A model generated the notes under the pieces. The model had not been told where the DNA came from. It saw nothing but the letters and a program-made list of their open reading frames with translations, and made no database searches. Below, piece by piece: positions 1-10,809 of a stretch of 36,328 nucleotides of DNA (position 1 is the first letter of the stretch; each line of letters starts with the position of its first letter). The position numbers and the translations under genes were made by a program. The stretch is from Salisapilia sapeloensis CBS 127946 (lineage: Eukaryota; Protista; Oomycota): positions 1-36,328 of the forward strand of contig JAADVB010000200.1 of assembly GCA_023334545.1 (NCBI GenBank), read 5' to 3'.

Positions 1-46
1 CTTGTCGTGCACTTCGCCATAAACCAACTTGCCGATCGAAAGCAGC

Positions 47-943
47 ATGCTCGTCCTTCTCTTGTGCTGCACGCTCGTCTTGTCCCAGGTCACTTCCACA
101 AGTGTATCTTTCAAGGACCCGACTATGGATATCAACGCGACTGCATCGCAGCCAGTGATGAACCGTATAAACGGACCACCCGTAAGGGGCACAGGGCTGG
201 ACCGAGTTCCATATATTGCCAAAATCAAAAGCGGCCGCTGGAAGTGCTCTGGTGTACTCATCCGACCTCAGTGGGTCCTCACAGCTGCCCACTGTGTTAA
301 GAAAGCAAAGCAAACTGTAACTTTAATGAACTCTACGCACGAGGAAACCTTGGACAAGTGGAAAAGCGTCATCAGGCCGGAATATGATCCAAAAAAGAAA
401 AGCCCAAGAGGACATGATATCGGCTTGATCAAAGTGGACCAACCCAGTTGGTTTAATCCCATCGCATTGATGGCCAACTCGAAAAGTCGAACCCAGTCCA
501 CTGCCAAAGCGTATGGATTTGGCCAAGTGTTTAGATTGGATAAGTGGGTCAATTCTCCTCTGCTACGGGTGACTTGGTTCAAGCTTTCATCCAGAGACGC
601 AAAGGCTTGTGGAAAACGCAAGCCGAAAACTCTGATCTGTCCAGAAGTTGAGGTACGAAACGGCGGCGTTTGCAAGGGGGATTCTGGTGGTCCTCTTATT
701 GTCGAGGAGGACGTACCGAGGGTCTACGGCATCATTTCCGGAGGACGCAATTGCACGAAGCCGAAAAAGCAACGCCCAAACATTGAGCTAGTACCATATC
801 ACTACAACTGGATTGTAAGTACCATCAATTTGCATGACATGCAAGATGCAGAAATCGAGGCTGACAAGAGGAATCGCGCGAACAAACCAGCTTTGCCAAT
901 GCCGAGACCGATGCCTTATTGGCGCTTGCCTACGTACGTCTAG
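47..943 (+). CDS. Secreted S1 (chymotrypsin-fold) serine protease
   Basis: Hydrophobic signal peptide MLVLLLCCTLVLSQ from the ATG at 47 (the track start at 29 is a TTG). Intact triad motifs: CSGVLIRPQWVLTAAHC (His), DIGLIK (Asp), CKGDSGGPL (Ser). No introns needed. Confidence 0.92.
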   Translation: MLVLLLCCTLVLSQVTSTSVSFKDPTMDINATASQPVMNRINGPPVRGTGLDRVPYIAKIKSGRWKCSGVLIRPQWVLTAAHCVKKAKQTVTLMNSTHEETLDKWKSVIRPEYDPKKKSPRGHDIGLIKVDQPSWFNPIALMANSKSRTQSTAKAYGFGQVFRLDKWVNSPLLRVTWFKLSSRDAKACGKRKPKTLICPEVEVRNGGVCKGDSGGPLIVEEDVPRVYGIISGGRNCTKPKKQRPNIELVPYHYNWIVSTINLHDMQDAEIEADKRNRANKPALPMPRPMPYWRLPTYV

Positions 944-1434
944 CTATAAGATCTGTCTACTAAATTGCAACACATCGTATTTTGGACTTGAGTGGAAAAA
1001 GGAAGAGGAGGTGCCGACAGTGGTAACCTAGGCCAAAGTCTGAATCGTTGCTTTTGTTGCTCTTTCTTGTCGTACAATAAGTGGTGATCAGCATGTAGTG
1101 GAGACTAGAGTAAGTTACTTACTGAAAAGGACAATGATGATTAGCTAGATGGTAATTCGTCCACTGTTGGAACCTGCGTCTCTCAGCTTGAAAAGCCATC
1201 CACAAGATATGCGCTGCTTCCATGCCATTTCGATCGGATGCATAGTCGACTTATTTTTACAGTAAAAAGAAGCTACTGCATCCTGCCGTCACAAACCAAA
1301 AGACATACATGATCTACGCCAGTCTTCCCATGTACTTGTATATGCAATGCATTTCGTGTTCGTTTGTTTCTTATGCAAGTACGCCAAGAAATTATAAAGT
1401 CAAAGTACCATTCAAAAATGGTAGAACGTCTCGC

Positions 1435-4400
1435 TTACAGGTCATGCGACTCCGAATGCGCCAAGCTTTCTTCTTCGTGCACCGTCAGTGAGACGTTACC
1501 AGACTCCCTAGAGTCCATAAACGACGCAAACTCTTCTTCATCACTCGCGTCTTCGCCCAAGAGCTGAGCGTACTTTTCATCATCAAACTCTTCTTCCGCT
1601 TCCTCCAAGTCATCAATGTAGATGCCTCGTCTCGAAAGCGTCGAGAACGTGCCCAGCATCGACTGTCCCAAGCTCAGTTCACTCGTGCCTAAGCTCTTCT
1701 GACTACGCGTCGTCCCGGACAGAAAGCTTTGTGAGAGCCCAAAGGCTCTGGTCGACGTGTTTGCGTCGAAGTCACTACCAAAGCTACGCCTCCTTCGTCT
1801 CCCAGAGCCGCCTTGATCAGTTTGGATCGACAGGAAGGCCGGGTCGGACGTGGCGAGGAAGGATCCTCCGATGGTGCTCTGGGCATCTTCGTCCATGATT
1901 GGCGTCGAGCTAAGGAAGCTACTCGTAACGCTGCGGGAAGCATGCTGTCCTTCCTCATTGATATTCTGCACGTGATTCTTCACGGCACTCAAGAGCGATT
2001 CGAAGCTTCTTGGGAAACTGAGAAAGTCGTTCTTAATGAAGAAATGGAAGAACTGGGCGCGAGAGAGCGAGTACTGGAGATCCAATGGCAACTCCAGTTC
2101 GTCCGCCACCACCGGCAAGATCCGTTTGCCCTTGTCTTCAGCAAAAGCTAGCTGATCCTTTAGCAGCTCGCTCTTCAACGTCTTCCGACTGAGCACAAGT
2201 ACAAACATGGAGCACTTGAGGATGGCTTCCTTAGCTTCACGAATCCGATTGGACATGTCCTGATTACCTTGTTCTCCACTAGATAAAGCGGTCTCTGGTA
2301 TCGACTCGTGCGACTGGAGTTTATTCAGCTTCCTCCTTCGGTCGACATAGCACAAGACACCTGCCTGTCGACACAATTCCCCACACAGCTTTCGTACGAA
2401 AGACGCATGGCGATCACCATGTGCTATGAAGACGAACTGCTCTTTATTTGTCGGCAAGTCGGCGTACGAGATCATCGCTTGCTCTTGCTCCTCCGCCTTC
2501 ATCTTCCGTCGATTCGGAATCGACTCCCATTCTTGGACGCTACTTTCCTGCTCCGGCACACTTTCGACGCGATCGATCTTTGGACGATACCGAACGTACC
2601 CTTCATCATTCATGACGATACTGCCGCAGTTATGATCACTATTCGACTTGTCGCTTACTGCAGTCGAGTTCTTTCGCAAGTCGCCGGAAGATGTCGCAGT
2701 CGTTTGGGACGATACGTTGCTTCCAGAGCTCACGACAGTCCCTTGCTCGATACGTTTTAACTCTGGGACCAACTCATGATTCGAGCTGATGGAATCAGGT
2801 AGGAAGGATTGATTGTCTAGCACCGAGTTGGAATTCGGTACACGAGATCGTTTCTTTTCAATCTCATCCCGCAGTCCATCGAGCAACGTCCGGAGTTTAC
2901 TCTGATACTCTCCTTCATCATACGTATACCTCACGCCTCGGACATTCGCATGATGCTCCACACTCTTAATCGCACCTTCAAACGGAACGATCTGACGCGT
3001 GTACAAGTACACTTGCAGTTCCTCCGAGATCTCTGCGCCTTCTGTCGAAATTGCCAGGATAGGCGTACCTACTTGCTTGGCCATCGCCAGTTCATTCAGA
3101 CACCACTTGGATTGTTTATAGTCTTCCGTTAGGATACAAAGGACGACTGCAGCGTTCGAGATGCCTCGTGCAATCTCTTCTCGCCACACAGCTCCACCAC
3201 CAATGCCGTTCGGATCCATCAGATCTAACCACGTCGTGATGTTGGCAGCTTCCAGACTAGCCCGCAGCTTTTGTGCAAACTCCAAGTGCGAGTGCGTGTA
3301 GCTAATCATGACGTCTCGGTTCCCTGCCGCTCGTTTCAATTCGAACTGAAGACGAGTGGACGTCGTGCAGTCAATAGCACGCAGTCCTTCTTTATTCGTA
3401 CACATGATGTCGGCACCGGCGTCCAAGAGCGCCAAGGCTGTCTCCCGATCGTCTAGCTTGACAGCCAAGTGCAGTGCCGTGTCACCAGACGACTTGAGCT
3501 GATGATTCACTTTGCATCCGTGAGACGATAAGGCTTTGATCATCGCTGGTGTCGCGGCACCACTGCACGCAGCACATACGATCGGAGTCATGTCGCTATC
3601 GTCTACTAGATCTCCTTTCGCACCTTGCTCAAGCAGACTCGTGACTACTTCCAACTTGTTGACACGCGCGGCCCAGTGCAGTGGTGTACGTCCACGTGCG
3701 TCTCTCGCATCGACATTTGCACCAGCTTCCAACAACATATCCACAGCCTTGACGCTTCCATTCACAGCCGCCCAATGGAGTGGCGTTCGTTCGTTCAGAC
3801 CGACGTATCCGATCTCACCTAGACAGTCTGGCTCTACTTTCTTCCGAAGCAAGAGTCGAATGGCGTTCTCATCGTCCTTGGCAGCAGCAGAGTGCAATGG
3901 CGTCAAGGCAATGTCTCCTCCCCACTCTTCCAGGACTTGCGCAACGGCGTAGTTGCCTCGCAAATACGCCATCTGCAGCACTGTTACAGTGTTGGCATGC
4001 CCAGGGTCTGGAATCGCCAAGTGGTTCGCACCGGCTGCGAGTAGTTCACGCACGATTTCCGGATGATCTGCTAGGAAAATAGGTGGCAACTTGCTTTCAC
4101 TTCGGTAGGAAGACCGAGAGCAAGCGTTGACGTCTGCACCACGTGCCAAGAGCCATCGAACGGCGTCGAGTCTACCAGTAGACACGGCACAATGCAGTGG
4201 CGTGACGAGTGTCTGGCGCAGGACACTCGAATTGGACTCTTCCACCTCGACCACTGGCTTACAGACGAGTCGGGAGGCAAGGAACCAGAAGAGATCACCT
4301 GTGGAGACACGCAGACGAGATACTTTATCGAAACTATTGACGGACAGTCCGCAGTTATTCAGTAACTCGAGTGCTGCAAGGTTGCCTTGGTACGCTGCGA

Positions 4401-5853
4401 CGTGCATCGGGTTCTTGCGCGACCATGCGAAGAGACCAAAGACGAGCTTTGCGTCCGGATATAGTTCCCGAGCAAATTCTTCTCCGAGAGACTTGGTTGC
4501 TATGCGAAGACTTCGTTTGAGCAGACGCAAATCACCTAACTGTGCGCCACGGTACAATCGCTTGCGGATGTCGCTAACCACTTGACTCTTCGGGGGTGTC
4601 GCTTTATTCTTCGGCGCGAGGACGTTCGATTCGGACGGATCGTTCTTGGATTGCGCCCGCTGCTTCTTCCGTCGTGCTAGTTTGTTGCGTAGGATTAATC
4701 GACGGACGTCACCTGTCTGGTCAGACTCTTTAAACGCTCCTAACTGCATCTTTAGATGCTCTCGGAAGCGCATGAAGAAACGAATTTGGAGTAGCATGAG
4801 CAGTAGGACGATGGCTGCGCATGTAACGAAGATGTAAGCGTCGTTATGCTCGCCACAACCTTCCATCCATTTGCTGCCGGCGAGGAAGAAGATGAGACGA
4901 ATAGCTAACAATATGGTGAAGAGGAGGACGATGATGCCAGCGACTTCACATACTTGCAGGAACAATGTTCGCTTCACCTTTTGCAGTCGACCACTTGCAT
5001 CGATACGTCGCTCACGTTTAAAAGGTTCGAAGATGTGGAAACCGGAGGAAGGCAGACCGAGGATGATGACACAAGGAAGTAAGTGATAGATGATTGACCC
5101 TGCAGCAACCATCGATCGACAGCTCGTGGAAGACCAAGAGAAGAACATCCGACTCATTGGTTCGCCTACGTATCGAACTGCCTTGTGGTTTCCACTCGCA
5201 TCCTCCGGATCATCATCGAGGAAAGCTTCGTACTTGAGATGCGTGTAGAAATGAAATAAACCACAGATATCCATTGCGAGGAGCAAGACAGCGAGTGCAG
5301 ACAGACGCAAGGCAAAGTAGGAGTTCATCTTGAAACGCATGTGAAGATAGGACATGCGAGCTTTCTTCTCGAATTCGAGATCTCTCACGTCATCCGCTGG
5401 AAGGTCCGTGGACTTGTCGCTCGCGTCGTGGTGAAGGCGTCGACGAATGTGCACATTGGTAGCACGCACTCGAGCATCACTCGCATTGCGCGGCTCTGTT
5501 GTTGGCGATGGAAGGACATGATCGTCCCATGATACGGCATTCGGCTTGCGACGAGTTCCCATGGGATCCATGCGCGATGTAGTGCTAATTCGCTCTGTGA
5601 TCGAAGTTCGCCTCGAGTGATCCTGCATGGACCGACCTGAACTCTGTTGGCGCTGCTGCGTGCGCAGTATGGCCGCGTCCATCGTGAACACTCGCTGCGT
5701 CGTGTTGGGCGAATCGATGAATGATTCGTCATCGACGACGTCCGAGTCCATCGTATCTTGCGCCTGGACCCACTGGAGTGGTGTCTGCGCTCGGGTGTAT
5801 GGAGATGTGGTGTCGTCAAAGCTGTCCTTGGACATGCTTTGTCGCTCCCCCAT
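1435..5853 (-). CDS. Multi-pass membrane protein with ankyrin repeats and two TIR-like domains (4TM-ANK-TIR-TIR), 1472 aa
   Basis: Single uninterrupted ORF. Four hydrophobic segments (e.g. LSALAVLLLAMDICGLF, VAGIIVLLFTILLAIRLIFFLAG). Multiple ankyrin motifs (TPLHCAV, TPLHSAA, TPLHWAA twice, TALHLAV). TIR_2-like DVMISYTHSH...WLD...IARGISNAAVVLCILTEDYKQSKWCLNEL. A second TIR-like FVFIAHG...AILKCSMFVLVLSRKTLKSELLKDQL...ILPV. Confidence 0.9.
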   Translation of the reverse strand: MGERQSMSKDSFDDTTSPYTRAQTPLQWVQAQDTMDSDVVDDESFIDSPNTTQRVFTMDAAILRTQQRQQSSGRSMQDHSRRTSITERISTTSRMDPMGTRRKPNAVSWDDHVLPSPTTEPRNASDARVRATNVHIRRRLHHDASDKSTDLPADDVRDLEFEKKARMSYLHMRFKMNSYFALRLSALAVLLLAMDICGLFHFYTHLKYEAFLDDDPEDASGNHKAVRYVGEPMSRMFFSWSSTSCRSMVAAGSIIYHLLPCVIILGLPSSGFHIFEPFKRERRIDASGRLQKVKRTLFLQVCEVAGIIVLLFTILLAIRLIFFLAGSKWMEGCGEHNDAYIFVTCAAIVLLLMLLQIRFFMRFREHLKMQLGAFKESDQTGDVRRLILRNKLARRKKQRAQSKNDPSESNVLAPKNKATPPKSQVVSDIRKRLYRGAQLGDLRLLKRSLRIATKSLGEEFARELYPDAKLVFGLFAWSRKNPMHVAAYQGNLAALELLNNCGLSVNSFDKVSRLRVSTGDLFWFLASRLVCKPVVEVEESNSSVLRQTLVTPLHCAVSTGRLDAVRWLLARGADVNACSRSSYRSESKLPPIFLADHPEIVRELLAAGANHLAIPDPGHANTVTVLQMAYLRGNYAVAQVLEEWGGDIALTPLHSAAAKDDENAIRLLLRKKVEPDCLGEIGYVGLNERTPLHWAAVNGSVKAVDMLLEAGANVDARDARGRTPLHWAARVNKLEVVTSLLEQGAKGDLVDDSDMTPIVCAACSGAATPAMIKALSSHGCKVNHQLKSSGDTALHLAVKLDDRETALALLDAGADIMCTNKEGLRAIDCTTSTRLQFELKRAAGNRDVMISYTHSHLEFAQKLRASLEAANITTWLDLMDPNGIGGGAVWREEIARGISNAAVVLCILTEDYKQSKWCLNELAMAKQVGTPILAISTEGAEISEELQVYLYTRQIVPFEGAIKSVEHHANVRGVRYTYDEGEYQSKLRTLLDGLRDEIEKKRSRVPNSNSVLDNQSFLPDSISSNHELVPELKRIEQGTVVSSGSNVSSQTTATSSGDLRKNSTAVSDKSNSDHNCGSIVMNDEGYVRYRPKIDRVESVPEQESSVQEWESIPNRRKMKAEEQEQAMISYADLPTNKEQFVFIAHGDRHASFVRKLCGELCRQAGVLCYVDRRRKLNKLQSHESIPETALSSGEQGNQDMSNRIREAKEAILKCSMFVLVLSRKTLKSELLKDQLAFAEDKGKRILPVVADELELPLDLQYSLSRAQFFHFFIKNDFLSFPRSFESLLSAVKNHVQNINEEGQHASRSVTSSFLSSTPIMDEDAQSTIGGSFLATSDPAFLSIQTDQGGSGRRRRRSFGSDFDANTSTRAFGLSQSFLSGTTRSQKSLGTSELSLGQSMLGTFSTLSRRGIYIDDLEEAEEEFDDEKYAQLLGEDASDEEEFASFMDSRESGNVSLTVHEEESLAHSESHDL

Positions 5854-6501
5854 CTACGTTTAGAGGTACGGAGTGACAGGCGAGACTGCTGGAATGCTTA
5901 GGTGAATTTTTCGGACGAGTGGCTTGATGCAATTTTCTCAGCTTCTGTAAGTAGAGTACGTAGGCGCAGTAGTTTCGACTCGCCGTCTCGAGTGATAAGA
6001 GGCAGTGGCGTGCTAAAGCAGGAGCTCGGTTCGTACTGTGCTGTCTAGTGATCGTAATGCTGGTCAGAAAACCAGCTGCATGCGGCTATAGAAAATGATC
6101 ACGCAAAAGGGGAAAGGGGATTGTTTTCTGGACACTAATGGCCGTGGTGCTAGCGTTTCGATACGAGATAGTGACAAATGGAGCATGTTTGTCGTGCGGT
6201 GTACATGCAGTTTAGTAGTGCAGCATTGCATGTGTAGAGCTCATGAGGCTCGAGCAAGTAGAGTCTACGGTGGAGAAAAATCGACGCGATCTGAGGTCGG
6301 AACAGACGTCTAGAGAAAATACAGTGATGGGTACATTGGGAGAGATCCATCGTACAGCTTCTCGGCGGACAGTGGATTGTACCCTTCCTCTCGCCATGGG
6401 TCTGAGATCCGTGGTAATTTAAACCAGAAACTAGCATCAGCCACGGGCTGGATGTTTGAAACGTTCAAATGCATATTGAAATACGAGTGGAAATCTAGCT
6501 C

Positions 6502-7872
6502 CTACACTTCGCGCTCCTGCGGTCGATTCTCATAAGCTTCTCGAGCGTGTACGATCGGACTATCTGAAGCGCTGCCGTCTTCATAACGATGGTACTTGTT
6601 CCAACTTTTAGCCCGACATCGATAGTACACACATCCACCGATGATCGCGACGAAAGCGACGATCGGAACAATGATGGCAGCTATCTTGCCACCGGACAAA
6701 CCGTTTGGCGAGCATGCATAGTATTCTGTACCGAGGATGGCATTTAAACTACCTTCGGGACACTCATACGCATTGTCCAACCATGGCGTAGGGAGAGAGA
6801 CGTTCACATACTCGAGCGAAGAGAGCATAGAGTAGCCTAAAATTCGATTTTCAAGTGGATTTCCACTGAGATTTCTATGTCATATAAAGGTTACATTTTT
6901 TCATCACGAATAAATCATGCACACGTACAATAGGTGAAGGTACTCAGTAGCTGCGATCGCTTGAGGAATTTTGTCCAATCTATTCTCTTGGAGATGGCTA
7001 CAGCACACGTACATAGCGTTAGGTTGGCTCACATGGTAGTTTCCATATAGTTAGCCGCACATGTTGATAGCTTCGTTCAGCTCCAAATCATCAGGAAGGT
7101 CTTGTAGATCGTTATGACTCAAATCCCTAAACATGGAGATTAGATCGCGTTACGGCACGTTTCTCTAGTCGATACGCACAGTGTCTCCACTCCATACAAG
7201 TAATCGCCTTCTGGGATTGACGAAAGGTGGCAGAAACTGATGTTAATCGTCGCGTTTTTGAGAGGAGAGGGTAGAGCATTTAGATCTGGTGGGCTGGACA
7301 AGTTCAGTCCATATAGCGTTAAAGCCTTTAGCTCCGTTGGTGACGACATTGTCTTGCTGGTGATCTCAATGTACTTGGTATCTGCATCCTTCGCAACATC
7401 GCAGTCATCCCCGCAAATTCGCCTAGGCCTAACGTTAGCAAAATTGCTACTATGCTCGCATATGACATTACCATTCTCGTACATGGTCTGGGACTCGAAC
7501 GTCGATTTTATCGACATGTTCCGCTTTAATCGATGGATGCTTAACCTCCGTTCCATTCTCAGTTGGATGAGATAAAATGACCAACGTTGCACTCTCGTCC
7601 GAACCGAAGATATTCATGCATTGGACTCTGCAGTTGGACTCTGAATCGCTCCTCCAACAGCCTTCGTTACTAGAGGAATTATCTGCTTCTTCACAATCAT
7701 TGCTTTCACCACCATCCGTCCAAATGCCATCTCGGAAGATACAAGCGTCATGATTGTCACAATACTCGCCACAGTCTGTAGTGAGGATCTTTGTCTCCAT
7801 CTCACAAGCCATGGTTCTCCATAGACCCAACGCAGTTACAACACAAAGAAAGAAATGATGGCAAATACCCAT
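6502..7872 (-). CDS. Cys-rich/LRR single-pass receptor-like protein without kinase, 5 exons (7872-7472, 7428-7180, 7126-7061, 6997-6929, 6874-6502), 385 aa
   Basis: Manual splice model: four GT-AG introns (43, 53, 63, 54 nt), all phase 2, join into one open frame. Signal peptide MGICHHFFLCVVTALGLW, Cys-rich N-terminus, LRR-like LDLSHNDLQDLP / IHLQENRLDKIP / LNLSGNPLEN, TM IAAIIVPIVAFVAIIGGCVYY, then a short tail. Confidence 0.8.
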
Positions 7873-8078
7873 CTCAATCTTCCAAAGTGTCTTAAATCGC
7901 TGGTGGAAAGAAACTGAACTCTCCACATTCTATCGTACGATCTCATTTCCTTGAAGCCAGCTTGAACATCCGGACTCGGGATGACGTACTCACACTAAAA
8001 CTACCCAATCGCAAAATAGCTGGAATCAGGTACCAAAAGGGAGAGATACGAAAATCATCAGAAGAGGAGAGGATCGAA

Positions 8079-10037
8079 ATGGAAGAATCAGCTAACCGTA
8101 GCGAACACATTCCGTCGGAGGCACTCAAGGTATGCCGGATGTCACCTGTGTATTTCCCCTTTTCTGAGCTCCTTTTGGATGCACGTAGGCGTTGCAAGGG
8201 CCAAACCCAACGACGACACGAGGCGCCCCGTCCGTCTTGGGCGTCCACCCGAAAGAGCCCAAGGTCATCTACTGCAGCGGCAAGACCGTGGTGGTGCGCA
8301 ACCTAGAGGATCCAACAGACACATTCGTCTACAAGGGTCACAAGGACCAGACGACGGCGGCCAAGTTTTCTCCGAATGGCTTCTGGGTCGCTTCCGGCGA
8401 TATCACTGGCAAAGTCCGTGTCTGGTACGCTTCCGTCCTTCCTGTCATCAATGCTTCTATGCTAACTTGTCTGCAGGTCATATGACAACCCAGAGCACAA
8501 CCTCAAGCTGGAAATGCTGGTCTTCTCCGGGGAGATCAAGGACTTGTGTTGGGATCCGGACAGCAAGCGCATCGTGGCGGTGGGCGACGGGCGATCGTTC
8601 ATGGCCCGTGTCTTCATGTGGGACTCTGGCAATAGCGTCGGTGAGATCGTCGGCCACCAGAAACGCATTCTGAGCGTCGACTACCGCCCCGTGCGTCCGT
8701 TCCGGATCATGACGGCCAGCGAGGACTTTAACGTGTGCGTCTTCGAAGGACCTCCGTTCAAGTTCAAGCAGAACAACATGAACCTGCACTCGAACTTTGT
8801 CAACTGCATTCGATATTCGCCCGACGGAGAGCTCGCCATCAGCGTCGGGTCCGACAAGCTCATGTGTCTCTACGACGGCAAAAGTGGCGACTTGCTGGAA
8901 ACGTTCCCAGCGGAGCACGCGAGCTCTATCTACGCCGTGTGCTGGAGTCCGGACGGGAAGCAGGTGCTCACGTCGTCGGCGGACAAAACGGTCAAGCTCT
9001 GGGACGTCGAGAGTCGGAGCGTGACGACGACCTTCACGTTCGGAGACGGCAGCAAACTGTCGGACATGCAGGTCGGCGTCGTCTGGGTGCAAGACTACAT
9101 GGTGTCTCTCAGCCTTGGAGGCGACTTGAACTACCTCGACACGGCCAACCCGACACAGCCGAAGAAGGTCGTGCAGGCTCACCAGGTGGCAATTCAAGCC
9201 ATGGCTGCTGCACCAGACAGGAACATGATCTTCACCGGCAGCTACGATGGCAATGTGTGTGCGTGGGACAACGAGACTAAGGTCGCGACCAAGCTCACGG
9301 GCTCGGTGCACACGGCGAAGCTGACTTCGATCGCTGCCGACGCATCGCAGGTGGCCAGTGTCGGTTGGGACGACACCGCCCGCTTCGCCCCTGACGCCGG
9401 TTCCTACAGCAGCGACTGCAAGTTGGAGGCCCAGCCATACGATATTGCTCTCGGTCCAGAAGGCTCGGACATCGTTGCCATCGCGACGAACAAGGGCGTC
9501 AAGCTCCTTCGCGGCGGGAGCATCGTGTTCGAGACGGGTGAGCTGGAGTGGACGCCCAATTGCATCTCGATGAACTCTTCCGGGGATTTGCTGGCTGTCG
9601 GAGCGCAGGAGGGGAACAAGATCCATCTCTTCCAGGTGGATGGCGATAGTCTCTCGGAGACAGGCGCGATCGAAGGACATTTGGGCGCGCCCACGACCGT
9701 CTCGTTCTCTCCTGACGGCACGCTGCTGGCAGCCGGAGACGCCTACCGAGAAGTTCGCGTGTGGGACGTGGCTAGTCGCAGCGCCAAGGTGCAGGGTCTC
9801 TGGGTCTTCCACTCTACGCGCGTGACGAGCGTCGCGTGGGCTCCGAGTGGGAACTTTGTGGCGAGCGGATCGCTCGACGAACGCGTCTACGTCTGGAACG
9901 TGGAGAAGCCCATGTCGAAGAAGTGCTTTGACTTTGCCCACAAGGATGGCGTGACAGGCGTGCGTTTCACGAGCGAAGAAGAGCTTGTGTCCGTGGGCAA
10001 TGACGGATGCGTCTGCTACTGGGACGTGACCAAGTAG
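8079..10037 (+). CDS. WDR1: Actin-interacting protein 1 (WD40 repeat, WDR1/AIP1), exons 8079-8129, 8189-8424, 8477-10037, 615 aa
   Basis: AIP1-typical motifs FSPNGFWVASGDITGKVRVW, VFMWDSGNSVGEIVGH, RPFRIMTASEDF and FEGPPFKFK. Many WD40 repeats. Two GT-AG introns (59 and 52 nt) restore the frame. The first exon is less certain. Confidence 0.93.
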
Positions 10038-10809
10038 ATTGGTAGCTTGAGAAGGTAGCGATTTCTACATAAACGAAAGAGGCACGATACGAGGTTGATT
10101 TTTGAGTTTGCATTCGCGAATGGATAGTGGTCTGGAGGTGTATGGTGGATTTTTGTTGCACTTGAGGCTATGCGTATCTGCTGCTTTATGTGAGTTTTTG
10201 GGCTCTCGATGCGAAAGATGCTCATACGATATGTATTCTGGCTATGTGTCCAGACTAGCAGTTATTCTTGTGGAAAGCTGGTGCGTCACGCTACTCGAAC
10301 CAACGCTTCCAGTTTCTGTCATGATGATAAAGAGTTGGACATTCCGTGCTTACCTGCAGAACAAGCATCCTTCTATACCTCTCTATGATATAGCTATGGA
10401 ATAATAGGAAGAACTTGTGTGGTCGTCCTCTGGGGTTGATAGTTTCTTAACCTCTCAACCGTAGTACATCGGAGTATTCTACACGGACAACAAGAAATTG
10501 GGATCTCCCTTTAGAGGAATATTACATCTGATCGCTGCAATGCCAATTACAGCTACTTGGCCATCATTGCAATCACTATGCCCAGGCTGTGTGGACGCGC
10601 GTAAGCCCATTCCATATACTCTGTTGCTTTCACTTCTGTCACTCGCATCGTGTTATAAGAGAAAAATGGTCATGTCCAACGGAAACATGTATAGTAACAA
10701 GAGAGCTGAGATAGCACCAAATTTCACTCCGCTTTGCTTTCTATGTTGAATATGGAGGATCAAATAGTTTGTCGTACTCGTTAAAGCTGTTCATCGATTA
10801 GGTGAGTAG

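Noticed and set aside
1109-1123. Near-perfect palindrome AGTAAGT-T-ACTTACT
   Set aside because: A 7-bp arm is expected by chance in a window this size, and there is no supporting context.
8478-9941. 487-aa antisense ORF
   Set aside because: It lies exactly opposite the GC3-rich AIP1 exon; it is a codon-bias shadow with no motif.
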